From: Botryllus schlosseri
Lineage: Eukaryota
Direction: 5' to 3'
Length of the DNA stretch: 64,000 bases
NCBI GenBank assembly: GCA_051294905.1
Contig: CM119371.1
Location: 30,134,001 to 30,198,000 of the forward strand
Below, in pieces: positions 13,373 through 63,129 of this stretch. The first letter of the stretch is position 1, and each line of letters begins with the position of its first letter. Below the pieces are notes generated by a model that was not told the DNA's origin, did not search any database, and worked only from the letters and a program-made list of their open reading frames with translations. Position numbers and translations under genes: made by a program.

Positions 13373-14128
13373 TACTTACTTTTCGCTATTTTCAGTCTGT
13401 CAAGTAAAAGTAATTTAATCCCCCAATACGAAAGACAGCCTGAGGAATTTCGGGCTTGTTTTCACGGAGTAACAACATTTAATATTCAATAAAGTAAAGT
13501 AAAGCCCAGAAATTGTGTTGCACTTGGCCCACAGTAGTTATGGAGTGATTATGTTTTCTTGAACGTATCAGTGAATATAATTTAGGTACCAGATTGCTTG
13601 ACTCCACTCACACCACATTGTCGCCGATATCAAATATGATGACTCGAGTCCAAGTCGAGTCAATAAACAGATTGACTCGAGTCGAGTCGAGTCATTTCCG
13701 TAATTTTTTCAAAATGAGTCGAGTCAAGTCGAATCATCAGAAAATCGTGACTCGAATATGACTCGAGTCGAGTCATTACAACCGTGGTGTTTATCACTAG
13801 CCTGTAATTAATATATTTGTACAAGACAGATGACGGTTGCACGATATTGAGCTAATTTTGAAGGAAAACTTGAGATGGTCGGCGAGGGTCTGTGACGGTC
13901 CGAAAAGGGTCCACGGACACAAAAAGGTTGAGAACCACTGCTGCAGAAAAGAAATCCACTCCGACTCCTCAACATTATTACGAATACAGAGTGAACCAAC
14001 GCCTTTCACTCGAGATCAGCTAAATAACGAAGGTTTTGACTTGTGTTGAGAGGACTGAAAAAGAAACTATGGGGATAACGTGGAGGTGATGTTCACGTAA
14101 GTTCTTGGATCAAGGATAAGCATTAGCA

Positions 14129-15270
14129 CAGGGGTGGGCAAACTACGGCCCGCGGGCCGCATGCGGCCCGCCACGCCGTTCTGTGCGGCCCGCGAGAGTC
14201 TAACGAAACTTATTAAAAATATTGATAAAATGCGCACTAAAAATCGAATTAATGCAGGGACTCCAATAAACTTTTTCTTAGTAAATTTCACCAATATAAT
14301 TCTAAAGCAGTGGCTCTCAAACAGGCGGCCGCATCCCCCGTTGGGGAAGTGAAAGCGTCTGAAAGGGAGGGGGCGAAGCTGAGCTCAACGGAAAAATTTT
14401 TTCGCGCTTCGCGCGATTTCCATTACATTCATTCTATTTGCTCTGTCTTTAGTCTGAATTTCATACTTAAAAATGTCTCATCCACAGTAGTAACCTTCTA
14501 TTCCATCAAAGTATCCGTTCGGTTTGTTAGCATTCTGCTTGCGTTTTGTGATATGGCAATGAGGGGACGAGAAATCTTTTACCATCATAAGGGGGGGGGG
14601 GTCGGAGCGTGTCTTAAAAAGTTTGAGAACCACTATTCTAAGGTGAATACTTCCAATATTATTTTTTATGTTTCATCTCTGGCGCGACAGCCCGATCTTA
14701 ATTGACATAATTCGAATCACGAGAGTGATTTCAGATTGGCCACTCCAGCTTTAATTATTTCAGTGATGTGCCTATAGAAAACGATTCAGGCGTGTCTTAG
14801 GTATATTCGTTCTCTGTATGCGTAGAATCAGAGTATTTATATTTTATCTACACATAGTGGAAGCGTGTTTGAAGCTAACATGGTTATGATGCTGTCAGCA
14901 TTGTGTGTCCTGGAAATGAACCAAAAGTGGAATTAGTAAGTCTATGTAAAGATAGCTGCTCACAGATATAAATTTCAATCCTGTTCTAAGAATTGGGACA
15001 ACCGACTTTCATCGCCATAGTTTTCACAAATTGGTTATTGAGGCCGACCAGCCAATGAAATCCCGCCACTGTTTCTGACGCGTATACGATATCATCAAAG
15101 CAATGTTCGATTTGTTTTAAATAAGCACATATATTATCTCCATGTCCTCACTATATAATCAAATAGCAATATCGCGTTTTGGTTTATAATCCCAATTTTA
15201 TATAGTGCGGCCCGCGAATGGATTAAGATGATGAATGCGGCCCGCGAGCTCAAAAGTTTGCCCACCCCTG
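14129..15270. mobile_element. hAT (Charlie-like) non-autonomous element with nested MITE 14308-14635
   Basis: CAGGGGTGGGCAAACT/AGTTTGCCCACCCCTG, perfect TSD CATTAGCA, GCGGCCCG subterminal motifs. Confidence 0.9.
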
Positions 15271-16064
15271 CATTAGCATAAAGATTCAGTATCATCGCTT
15301 CCCTAAAACCAGGGAAATATGATTAAGGGACGAGGTGAAAGGTTTCTCTTATAAATCAAATAAATGGAAGAGAGATATCAAGATGGTTGGGATGCTCACA
15401 TTATGACTGATCACTGCCAGCTGCGTATTGCGAATCTGTCCTCTTCAGAATCAGTGCAACAGTAGCCTTCAAATAAGATAAACGTTATACCTGATTTGAG
15501 CGCTCGGGTCGTGAGCTGTGGGATTAGCGATTATGTTGCGTTCAGATTGCTGAGCAGTAGGACTAATTCTCTCGGGGAAAACAAGCGTGACGACCGGTCT
15601 TGCGTATCTATCCGTAGGTTAGTTATCTATAGCAGTGGTTCCCAACCTTTTTCGGTGGCAGGACCAAATTTAGAATTTCAGAGTACGGCCGGGGCCGCAC
15701 GAATACCATGGCAATGAAAGGAACCCAAAATAGTCACCAAAATATGAAAATTGGCATTGTTCTGAACATTCGCTTGACGCCATTGGCCATTGTGTTGCCG
15801 CGCTCCCGTTGTTCAGAACAATCAACCTTTGCCGGCTATTTCGGAGTAGTTTTATTGCCCTGGCGAGATTTCAATTCGTATTTTTGGAATCAGTGCGACA
15901 CTTGCTTTTGATAAACACCGACATATCAAATTATTCGGACGCTTGGGTCGCGAGCTATAGGACTACCAATTATGCTGTTTTTGCCAGCTAAGCAGTACGC
16001 ATCTCGGCATATTCAATCATGAGTCACTTATTGCACATCTATCCGTAAATGAGTTATCAATACC

Positions 16065-17575
16065 CAGGGCCGTAACAGCACTTCGTCAGCCCCCCCCCCC
16101 CCAAAAAAAAAAAACGTTTCTCTTGGCCCCCCCATAGGGTGATAAACAGAACTTCGAAGCCCCCAGACAAACAGGCTGGATGGCTGTTTACCGCTATTTG
16201 TCATCTAAATCGGGTGTCCGCGAAAAATTTCTATAATTCATGATTGAATCTGTCAATATAATCGGGAATTGCATATACATTGGTATCAATCTTTATCCTC
16301 TCTCTGTTCACGTAATCAGATTGACCGGTTGAGCCGAGTGAGTTGTGCTTGAAAAGGTAGGACCACTCAATAATAATTTAACATCTTCGGGCCTATACGG
16401 CTATACCCGTTGGCAGGAACGAAACAGCACTTCGTCAGGCCCCTCAAAACACTTGGGTCTTGAGCTCCCATAGGGTGATAAACCGACCCCCCGTGCCGTT
16501 GTTCGCTTCTGCCACGAAATCAGGATCCCCGTTTAGTGAGCCAACGTGGAGCGCGAAAATTTTCGATAATTCAAAATAAAATAGGTCAATAAGACCGGGA
16601 ATTGCACATATATTGCTATCAATTACTTGTCCTCTCTGCTCACGTAATCAGATTTACCGGTAGAGCTGAGTGAGGTGTTTTGGAAACTGAAGGGCACGTA
16701 AATAATAATTAAACATATTCGGACGGGCGGACCCGTTGGTACGACTTCGTTACATTGTACAATTATGCATTTATAAGTGAGTTTTATACTGAAATAAATG
16801 ATTAAGCTGTAAATAAATGAACAAAAGACTAAACCGAAACGTGCACTTGTCACTACCTTCAACTCTAGTGAGTTGACACAAAAGTCTTTGTCAGCATGAA
16901 CACAAGTCATGCGTGACGGTAAGAGCCATAACCATACATACATGATGTTAGTTGTTATTTCGTGAGCTCCAGTCTGCTATATCAAGAAATATAGAATCGC
17001 CCAAACATACTAAACTAAAAGATGCACACGATTTCAAATTGGTAGTTCTTCACTGGCATATAATTCTTCCCTGCGGGATGGTAGCCTATTTGTCTCGTAA
17101 CGTTCAGATTGCCAAGACAGGAACACTCGGCGCCAGTCATTTAGGCGCCTATGGTCAATTATACCCATGTGTATTTTGAATATACATAACGAAGTTTTCG
17201 GTCAGCGTAAGGGCAGTCCTTTTCGGCCAAGGTTTTCTCGCTGCTGATCGTTCTGGCACACTTCATGGAGTCGCATGTTACATGGCCTAAAACTTTATAT
17301 GTATTTGTGCGTCGTGGCGCGGTATTGGCCAACGCCGATATGCCCACTTCTATAAATCTTGCGTATTTTATCTAGGTCAAAGAGTACCCAATCATTAAGG
17401 TACTTGAAAATTTGAAATCGCGCCCAGCGCGAAAAATCTTTTAAAAAATTTCATAAAATTTCATATAATACTCATAATACTCATATAATTTATGCTAATT
17501 CAATAAATAATTTTGGGCCCCTTCGAGCTCGCTCCCCCCCATTGGGGGGCTTGGGGTGCGGCCGTTACGGTCCTG
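16065..17575. mobile_element. hAT-like element with ~350-bp internal tandem units (CAGGGCCGTAAC family)
   Basis: CAGGGCCGTAAC...GTTACGGTCCTG, TSD TCAATACC/TCCATACC; copies ~18410-19520 and ~37715-39260. Confidence 0.75.
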
Positions 17576-19984
17576 TCCATACCTATATGATATAGGTATT
17601 GCAAGGACCGTAACTGCCGCACCCCAAGGCTATATCCATACCTATATCTATAGGTAGCCTACTGCCCGTTCAACTGGAAAGTTAGGGCACATTGCATTGA
17701 AACAGCAGTGACGCAATCTTAGCAGTCTACTCACAACTTTCTTGCATCCTAATTGAAAACTCCAGACTCCAAGCCAAGCAAGAGTATTTTATAAATATAA
17801 TTTTTTTTCAGAAATCGATTTCTCAATATTTTTGTGGGGGCCGCAAGAAGGCTAGCTGGGGGCCGCATGCGGCCCTCAGGGCCGCGGCGGGGAAGCACTG
17901 ATCTATAGTGTCTTGCAGACATGGGGTAATCGCGATTAGTAATCGTAATCGATTACGACGATCGTAATAGTAATCAACCACTCCCATATCTAATCGATTT
18001 CTCTGTGAAAGAACGATTACTTTTTTTTTTTTGTGCAAGGACTGTGACATAGACTGAACATTCGTGAACGAGGAAGAGATATTATACCGGGTTCGTGATA
18101 GCACAAACGTCAGATTTTCAAATGCCATTGCTCATATCTACGCTACAAGTAGCCTATTAGCTTTGCTAGTCATTGCGTAGGAAGTATCCACAGTAAATAG
18201 ATATTCGATGAACGTACATTAGTGTGATTGTAAGAACACCCGTCGTGCTGTATGTCAGGTTATCAACACGTTCCACACGCCTGTACCTCGCAGCAGGATA
18301 ATTAATCCCCATTCTGCTTAGTTTATAATAGTAACTTGTGTATTGATATTTGGTTATGCTTAGTTAAACGCAGTTTGACCGTTGCTGCTAGGCGAGCAGT
18401 AGGTCTATGCAGGACCGTAACAGCACTTCGCCAGCCCCCCCCAAAAAAACGTTGGTCTTGGGCCCCCATATGTTGATGAATCGAACTTATGGGGGGATTC
18501 GCCCCCCAGACCTCCTCAGGATGTTCGACCATTACCGCTACTTACTTATCCTCCACATTGGAGGCCGGTTAGTGGGTCAGCACTCGCCTAAACGCCCGAA
18601 GTGCGAAAATTTTATATAATTCATGATTTAATCGGTCAATATGATCGGGAATTGCATATATGTTGCTATCAATTTTTCTCCTCTCTCTGCCCACGTAATC
18701 AGATTTAGAGGAAGAGCTGAGTGAGGTGTGTTTGAAAAGGCAGGACACCTCAATATTATAATTAAACATCTTCGGGCGTACACCCGTTGGCAGGAATGAA
18801 ACAGCACTTCGTCAGGCCCCGCAAAGGGTCTGGGTCCCCCATAGGGTGATAAACCTACCCTCCATCACCTTGTTCGCTTTTGCTACGAAATGAATTGTAT
18901 ACTGCTTAGTGAGCCAGCGCGATGCGCGAAAGTTTTCGAAAATTCATGATAAAATCGGTCAATAAGATCGGGAATTGCATATATGTTGCTATCAACTTCT
19001 TATCCTCTCTGCTCACGTAATCATAGATTTACCGGTACAGCTGAGTGAGGTGTCTTGGAAACTGTAGGGCCCGTTGGTATGACTCATTAACATAGGCTTA
19101 CCCTACGTCTTCTTTTAAGAGGATTTGTCCTCTTTTTTGACTTTTGACAGTCATCCACCTGGCAATGTGGAGAGAAAAAACGGTATTTTTTTGAGCTCTG
19201 AGCGAGAAAGATGACCTTTTAGTTTATTTTTTTTTGGTCAACCGCTTGCAAAGTGGGAAAAATTCACCGGTTTTTGAGAATTCTACTCCGGTTTTGCAAG
19301 TTGCAAATTTTTGAAAAAGTGTCCTCTTTTTGGATTTCCAAAATATGGTAAGCCTACTTAACATGATGGTATTTCGTGATCTCCTGTCTGCTATATACAA
19401 AATATAGAATCGCCCAAACGTATAGGCTACGAAACTAAAAGACGCACACGATTTCAAATTAGTATTTCTTCACTGACATATAATTTTTCCCTGCGGAATG
19501 GTAGTTGTCTTGTGAGAATGCCAAGCGGCAGCTTGCAGTACATTATCTATATTAAGTTGAAGGCAGAATTTTACGTGCTCTTCATCTTATTATCATATGA
19601 CTCTACTTGAAACGGGCACCAATCGTTATTTCACAATTCATTACTCAACATTGAGACCTGCCGCCATAGCCATTTATATAGGGTTACCATATTTTGGAAC
19701 TCTGAAAAAGGACACTTTTTCAAAATTTTCAGACTTGCAAAACCGGTGGAAAATCCTGAAAATGGTAAATTTTTCCCACTTAGTGGTCGGTTAACTAAAA
19801 TAAAGGTCAACTTTACGGCCCAGTTCCCGAAATCCCCACTGGAGCGTTACTGAGTAAGTCGATTTTGCCATATATTTAACCAAAATTCTCAAAAAAGAGC
19901 ACATTTGTGCGTCCTCCGAGGACACTTTCAAAAAAGACGACAAATCATCCTAAAAGAGGACGTATGGTAACCCTACATAGTACA

Positions 19985-22900
19985 CAGGGCTGTGGAGTCG
20001 GTAAATTTTGCCACCGACTTCGGCTTCGACTCCGACTCCACACATTTTCAATTTACCGACTCCGACTCCTTAGTCTTTAAACGTACCGACTTCGACTCCG
20101 ACACCTCGGTCTTTAAACGTACCGACTCCGACTCCAGAATTATTGCCAATTTACTTCGAAAATTATATGCCACATTGTCGTTTGAATGACTATCATACAA
20201 CCATTAAAAATATGCAAACATATGATAGGGTTACCATATTTTTGTGAAGCAAATTCCGGACACCCTTTAGCGCCCACTAGCGGATTCAAAAATGAGGTGT
20301 AACACATTGTCTGTGAATATGACGTCACACTAGCAAAACATTGCCCATCGACTGTATACGAATGGAGTGGAACATAGGCCATGAATTGGGTCATCTGTAA
20401 TGTGATATCTGGTGATTGCTACTTGCCAGGGTCTGCAACAAATTTCTCCACGGGCCGGATGAAATCGTCTGGCGGGCCGTGTCTGGCCTGTCCGGATTGT
20501 GTTTGTCAGCCCTACTATACTGTTAAGTCGGTGCGGCTATCTGGTTGTTTGTTTTAATCAGGTCTGAAACAACATTTTTTCTGTCCCCTTCCGCCCAAAT
20601 AAAGCCCTGGTGTTGGGCCCACCAGAGGGTAATCGATGTATCTTCTTGGGCACTTACTATATGCATTTGGCTGTTAAAATTTATCAATGAATTCTGTCGA
20701 TAATATTGATACTTCCATATATTAGGAAACTATAAAATGCACCAGCAGGTTGCACATCCGGTGATTTCCAACTTTTTATGGGGGCAACGTCATTTCCAAC
20801 TTTAAAATGTGCCGTGGCCAAGCTCAAAACTTGATAAGCTGAAGCTAATTACTAAAAAATTTCAGCTTGCCGAAACTTACTCACGGCCTAGGAAGCTGAT
20901 TACGTCCAACATCATCGCGATTCCCAGATAAAGGCGAACGACCCCAAGATTTGGAACCACTGTCTGTGACTGAAGCATCCAAGAGGATTTGTCCTATTTT
21001 TGCCTTATTGAAAGTGTCCTCGGAGGACGGCCAAATGTCCTCTTTTTTGAGATTTTGTCCTCTTTTTTGAGAATTTTGGTTAAATATAGGGCAAAATTCG
21101 ACTGAGATACATTAAATCAGTACTGAAGTAACCCTCCGGTGGCTATTTCGGGAGCTCGGTCGGAATGTTGCCCTTTTTTTACCATTTTTTCAGGATTTTC
21201 CTCCGGTTTTGCAAGTTTTAAAATGCTGAAAAAGTGTCCTCTTTTCAGATTTCCAAAATATGGTAGCTCTACTTAACCAACTCTATGAATATACCGTTAG
21301 CTTATCATCACAATCGGACTTATTTCAGTAAATAATGGTTATTTATATTTATTTTGATGGCATTTTTGGGCGAGAGTGATTGCCTGGTGCTCATACTAAT
21401 ATCAATATAAGTTGCATTAACTAGCGCGCGGCACGAACAAGAATTTTTATTAGCATAAATCTGCTTGAAAATAATATTGTTTATGCTGATTTACGAAAAA
21501 CTTTTGAGCCTACTTAAGCCTTCAAAATTCCGGACATTTAGGCATATTTTAGAAATTCCTCCCGGACGCAGATTTTTCAGTGAAATTCCGGACATGTCCG
21601 GGAAATTCCGGACGTATGGCAACCCTAACATATGATTAACGGTGGCATGATAAATTGTTTCATTGTGGCACAGCTCGAATTATCCACTATGCAATTAACA
21701 CAAAAGAAAGATTTGCTAAATACCCTTCCTTTTTCAAGTTTTTATAACATGGACTCTCTAATATCCTGAAATGTATGAATCATTCAAATATGACCGATAT
21801 CCAATCCTGTATAATAAAAATGTCGATAAAAAGTCCAAGTGTAGCTCTTGTGTATGAGTCAGAAACTAATAAAGAGATTGAACTTACTAATTTTGTCATT
21901 GCACATTATCCTGATTACAAGCACACACACTCCTACTACTAATAGACATTGGTCATAAATGGAATTTAGTTAAGTAGGCTAGTCAAAGACCATAGCCTAT
22001 GTCTAGTCCACATGTACTTAATCAAGTATTCAAGGATTGGGACTAGCAGTCTTTCTTAATCATTTGTTCGACCCAGACAACTAAGCTACACTACAAATTT
22101 TTTCATTTTGTCAAGTGGGTAAGCATCGTTTGGTCATATTTACATCATTTTTACAATTTTACAAAACCAGCCGATGCATTTGCTCTGTCACAGTATCATG
22201 GCTTAATTCCAAAAATTGCATCAATTTCGACTACATCGCGAAAACGTATGTTGCGATTTTCTTCCCCTGTGCAACTGAGTTGTAATTTGCGAGTAATGGC
22301 TGGATGGCAGAGTTGGGCAACTTTTTCGGGCAAAGGGACACATGAGATTTACGAACCATTGCAGGGCAACTGGAATGTTGATAACCTTTTTTTAGTCATC
22401 TGATAGGAGCGAACCGTATTAGGTAACATTGCAAACAAGACTGTGTGTGCAACTGTGTAGTGCGCAAACAGGCCCTGGTCGCCAGAGGCGCGAAATTTTT
22501 TGCAGGATAATGACTGAATTATATCAATAAATATGTTGCTAACATTCATTGGGGTCGCATCTGTACACCACTGGGCTCATTTGACAAGGACAGGATTATT
22601 TGACGTTTAAACATAGCAAAATCGACGGTACAGAGAACATGCCTCTATCATTTTGTGCAAATGTTTTGTCGACGATCTCGCTGTGAGTGCACAAGCGAAG
22701 CTGCATGTTGGACGACAAGTTATCTCCTAATTGCGAATTTAGACTCAATTCTGTGAAAAATATGTATTTGTAATTTTCAGAAGGGGGTTCAAATACTGAA
22801 TGCAAGAAATCTAGTGACAATGAATCATGCGAAGTACCGAGAAAAATTTCAAGTCAAATAAATCGGCTATGAAATATTCTACTTTATGGTCATATACGAA

Positions 22901-23350
22901 GATCTGGGATAAATTTGGCTGGCCCCTTGATACGTCAGAACTGTTGTTTTAGTCATTATCAAATTTCGCGATCATGCTAATCAAATTTTGTTTGGCCTTG
23001 CAATTGTACCTGATGTCATAAATAATTTCGAGAATTACCTCGCAGGCCACACCTAACCTTCTCGTGTGCCAAATTAGGCCTGCTTGTCACGGGCTGACCG
23101 CACCTGATCTTCATGGTTAATAATAAGTTAATAACAGTGATTGGTGGTACATAAAAATTCTATTGAAAACTCTTCGAAAGCAAATGTTTTCATGATAGAG
23201 AAGTTGAAGTCGGAGTCGAAGTCAGGGTCATTCTCACAAACTCCGACTCCAGTCAGTATTTTTTTCACGACTCCGACTCCAGCTATTTTAGTTTTTACGA
23301 CTCCGACTCCATCAAGCGAAAATTACCCAGACTCCGACCCCACAGCCCTG
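19985..23350. mobile_element. GACTCC-array element enclosing further nested elements
   Basis: CAGGGCTGTGGAGTCGG/CCGACCCCACAGCCCTG termini; flanks ATAGTACA/GTCGTACA (6/8). Confidence 0.6.
20226..21627. mobile_element. hAT-like element with TCCGGAC motifs
   Basis: TAGGGTTACCATA/TATGGCAACCCTA, perfect TSD ACATATGA. Confidence 0.85.
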
Positions 23351-23974
23351 GTCGTACATATATATCATGTTAGCGTGGGTTGTAGCTAGAATTAGGACCA
23401 AAACAGCAATTCGTCCCCCAGTCCAAACGTTGGTCTTTGGCACCCATAGGGTGATATTTTCGAGTTGAAGACTGAATTTCGTCAATAATATTGGTAATTG
23501 CATTATATTATCATTAATTTTCAATTATCTCTCTGCCTCTGATGGTCTGATTTACCTGTAGACCTGGGGGCACGTAATTCATAATTATAACGTCCGGTAT
23601 CTTGTTATATAATTACTTCATTGTATGTTGTTAATAGGTGACCTCCGGTCCGTTATATAATCAAAAGATATTGTTGTATCCCAAACGTAGCAGACTAAAA
23701 GAAAAACTTTCGCGAGACGCACACACAAAATGTCATGTCTTCAATGCTCTGTGGGTGCCCGGGTGGCATTTGCATTGTGGGCTCAGATTGGAGGACAGGG
23801 CTATTAGTCACGCCCACCCAGCGGGGATATTGACGATGGACACATACCCTAGCTTTTATCCATAAAATCTTTTAGTAGCACACTTCGTGACGTCGCTTGT
23901 GGGTAGAAGCTGCATGTCTTTTGGTGTGTCGTGACACGGTATTGACTGGAAACTAAAAGCCTATTACTATAAAT

Positions 23975-24295
23975 TAGGGTTGCATTTAAAACAAAAAATC
24001 AATTCAAAGCAAACGTGTTTAAAACAAGGCTTTTGTTTAAAAACATGTTTTCAATTTTTGTTTTTTCAAGCCATGACGTCACTAATGTGGATTGACATTG
24101 ACAATTGGCAAGATATAGCTTCGTTGACGAAATATCTGTTCCATAGCTGTTGAACCGCCTATTTTGAGGGGTTCCAGCCATCCCACATCGATGTACGTCG
24201 GCAAAATGTTTTTTTGAAGCTTTGTTTAAAGCGCAGTTTAAAAACATGTTTTAAACAATGGGTTTAAACAACCATTTGTTTTAAATGCAACCCTA
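23975..24295. mobile_element. hAT-like MITE with TTTAAA motifs
   Basis: TAGGGTTGCATTTAAAACAAA TIR, perfect TSD CTATAAAT. Confidence 0.9.
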
Positions 24296-26187
24296 CTATA
24301 AATTATGTATGCTTCTTTCGTTGAGGGGGATACATGTGCATTTCAAAATCAAGCTTATCTACAGAGAATTTTCAAGTTAATTAAATCTCTCGAAAATACT
24401 CTATAATTTATGTTGGTTGACGAAATACTTTTGAATCCATTTCGAGTTCGGTCCCCACCTTATTGGGAAATTTGAGGTGCGGCAGTGATGGACCTGGCAA
24501 GAATGAAAATCGTTAGGTGCGATAAATCGTTCTCTATAAAATTGAGCAATGACTCTCTCTATCTCTCTCTCCGAGTGTAAGCCAGAAACTTATGGAGTCA
24601 CATTGCACGATATAAAACGGCGCTTTCGCTCCTGCGTTGCACTACACCAAAACTGCCAGCACAGATGCCACAAATGCGAAATCATCTTTATTTCCAATGC
24701 AATGAAATTTGGAAGGCGTTTCGACCGCCGACACTTTTTAACTGGTCTAAAACAGAGCTGGACCGCGGTTGGATCATAAGGACATCCCGCCATGTCATAA
24801 TTCAGATGATATTCTCGGATGTTCGTCAGGATCACCTTGCCAAAGATATAAAACGCAAGACACTATTGCAAGGCGAACAGCCGACCCAGACTCTACAATG
24901 TCTCTAAACACACAATCATGAGCCATATATCGCGACATTGTGCAGTAATGCATAGCGGAGAAGAAGGGCACAAGAAACACGTAATAGATTAAATAGCTAC
25001 GGCCACGCGACATAATAGTATTAGATTATAATTTTGCTACTTCTATGCTATTTACGATCTGTATAGATAAGAAGGATTTATTTTAATGGATATCTGGAGA
25101 GGAAATATATACAGAGATGACAATAAATGTACACAACCGTGAAGGTCTGGGGAATACAGACTGTTCTAAATCACCAATTCATACAGGTGTTTCTTTTCAA
25201 CATATCCATCCTCCATGAATACCAGAGTCCAATCTTGGCGTATGGACAAGAGGAAAACATCCATCTGCATTTCATAACTCAGACCTGGTTACTTGGAAGT
25301 GCACTGCGTCTCAAAGTGTGGTACAATTCCGTTGAATACATCACAGTGCTTCCCAACTAATGGTTCACGAAGCATTTCTAAATGTTACAGTTTTCTATTC
25401 AATATCGCACAGAGGGCTTATTATGATTATTACGGGACGCCAGCAATCTTCGCATTGACATGATAGCAGTTTCATAGGTACAGCTAAAAAGCTTTTGGAA
25501 TACTGAAGATCATACATGTGGCGATTGGTCGAAAATTTTACAAGTGGTGGGATCAAGCTCAAGCCAATCATGCCTAGACTTGATAATGTCCGATGAGCTG
25601 AACTTCGGCATTAATAGTAGATTGCATGTGAATTAGGGCTGTTGAAAAGCAACTCTTATTCTCAAATTTTACTGATTGCTTAGAAATATTGTTAGGTTAC
25701 CTAAAGAAATGCTGTAGACCAATTCTGCCTAAATTCCAACCAGTCGAAGTGAAGTTATTATAGTTGAAAATTTTGGATATATCCAGTAATAATCAATATC
25801 AGTTTTTTTCTTCAAATTTTATTGGCTACCCCATGAACTTGTTAGGTTGTCTGAAAAAACGATGCACAACAAATTTGGCGCCATTCCAACCAGTAGAAGC
25901 TAAGTTAATGATGTTCAAAATTTCGGATTTCAAATCATAGTATTTACGGTGGGTAGATCTGTCATAAATTATTATAATTAAAGAATTTGCCACCGTAAAT
26001 ACTATACTTTTTTCAAATTCAAAATTCTGCACTTTAATAACACCTCTTCCAGAGATCGGGATTGAGCCAAACTTGGCGTGAATCGTTTATTAAGCAACCA
26101 AACAATTTTATCAAGTAGCAAGCAAAATTTGAAAAAAACAGTTATTTTTTACTAGCCCTTAACGTGCATACATTGTTTCTTTCCTCA

Positions 26188-26193
26188 TTTATT
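26188..26193 (-). terminator. Candidate polyadenylation signal of NBEAL (~1 kb 3' UTR)
   Basis: AATAAA on minus strand after ~1 kb of repeat-free sequence; other AATAAA hexamers near 27021 and 25077. Confidence 0.35.
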
Positions 26194-27224
26194 AGTTCTT
26201 TTAATTATTTGGTCAGTCACATTGTGGGTCACCAACTGAATCTGGTTGGGAAGCACTGATGTACAAGATGAAATTGGCATGCGTTTTTGACACAAAAGTA
26301 CCGTACGTACGTAGTAACATTAGTAGCGTTGCTGTGTCAAACATCATAAATATTACGTTAGCACCCTTAGCATAAAACCATTCAAAATACGCAGACATTC
26401 ACAAAAAGTACAGTATCTGCCTATACAGCAAAACGCTCAAGGCATCACCAAATATAGATCGTATATCTTCCTGTAAGGGTGAGACAGAGAGAAAAAAATA
26501 TTGCCGACGATTTGAATCTCTTAACGGATGAATTCAGCGACGAAAAACAATATCCACTGCATATAATCGAAGATAAATTATACACGGCCCTCAAAGGACA
26601 GATTTTACAACGTAAAGAAAAGCAAGCTTGATAGAGTAGGAATGGTCTCTGAAACTTTCGAATATGCGCCAGAAATAGCCGGCCGTTCCGACGTGGAATT
26701 AAACCGATTTCAAAATTAACGTAAAACAATCTATACTACGACACCCGATACCGTTATAGCCATATAAAAATGTACAAATAAAAACATCTAGTGCATGAAT
26801 TAAGATGGAGTACATTTAAACCACGACACGCGAAAGAAGGTTAACAACACCTTTCCAGAAATCGAGCAAGCCGTACGACAAAGTGCTTAGTGGTAACTAG
26901 TCAGGTGTACGCATATTTTCAACCCAAGAACACATCGCAGACAAAAGTAATGAAAATAACGACCCAAAATTGAAATTGAAAGCCACAATTATTACGTATC
27001 TTTGGTAAGAGAGATGTAACTTTATTTTCATTTTGTCAAAATTCGGATATATACCGCTCATCGCAAATACTAGTGTATTACTTTTGATGAATACAACAGC
27101 TCTAAACAAAATCCAGGATATGCGATGTGCCCTGCCTAAAACCATCATTTTGACCACACCGGAATTCAATATAATCCCGCTTGCATAGAATCAGTACCCG
27201 TACAATAGTCCGCAATGTTGGAAT

Positions 27225-62605
<35,381 letters not shown>

Positions 62606-63129
62606 CTGCCTCATAAATAACTAATAGGATTGTTCAAAATAACTTCAGATTTATTACGTTATTGTAAAAAATTGTTAGGTTGGCTAAAAAAATGATTGAA
62701 AAACAAATTTGACTCGATTCCAATACGTAGAAACGAACTTTTTCGTTATTAATTACGGGATTACTCACCGTCAATGCTATTTTTGCAAATCCGAAATTTA
62801 CAGCTGTAGTATCTATGCTTCTACCAGTGTGAGCGAAAATCTTTAAGCATCATTATTTTAGACAATTTGACGATTTTATGGGGTTGACAGTAAAATTAGA
62901 AATATTCTTTTTCAAATATTCATGGTAAATTCAAAATTTTTCAACTCCCACGCACATCTACTAATTGGAAGTGAGCCAAATTTGGTGTGCAACGTCTTTT
63001 TAGCGGACCCAACAATTTTATGGAATAGCTGCCAAAATTTTTTAAAAAGGCCCTGCCCTTATAGTATATAAGTTATGGAGTTGACAGCACCTACTGCACT
63101 GCACTCACAATGCTTTGTGGAATGTTCAC

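Noticed and set aside
24549..25360. Cluster of short ORFs in apparently unique sequence
   Set aside because: No recognisable motif or consistent exon structure; could be UTR or decayed element
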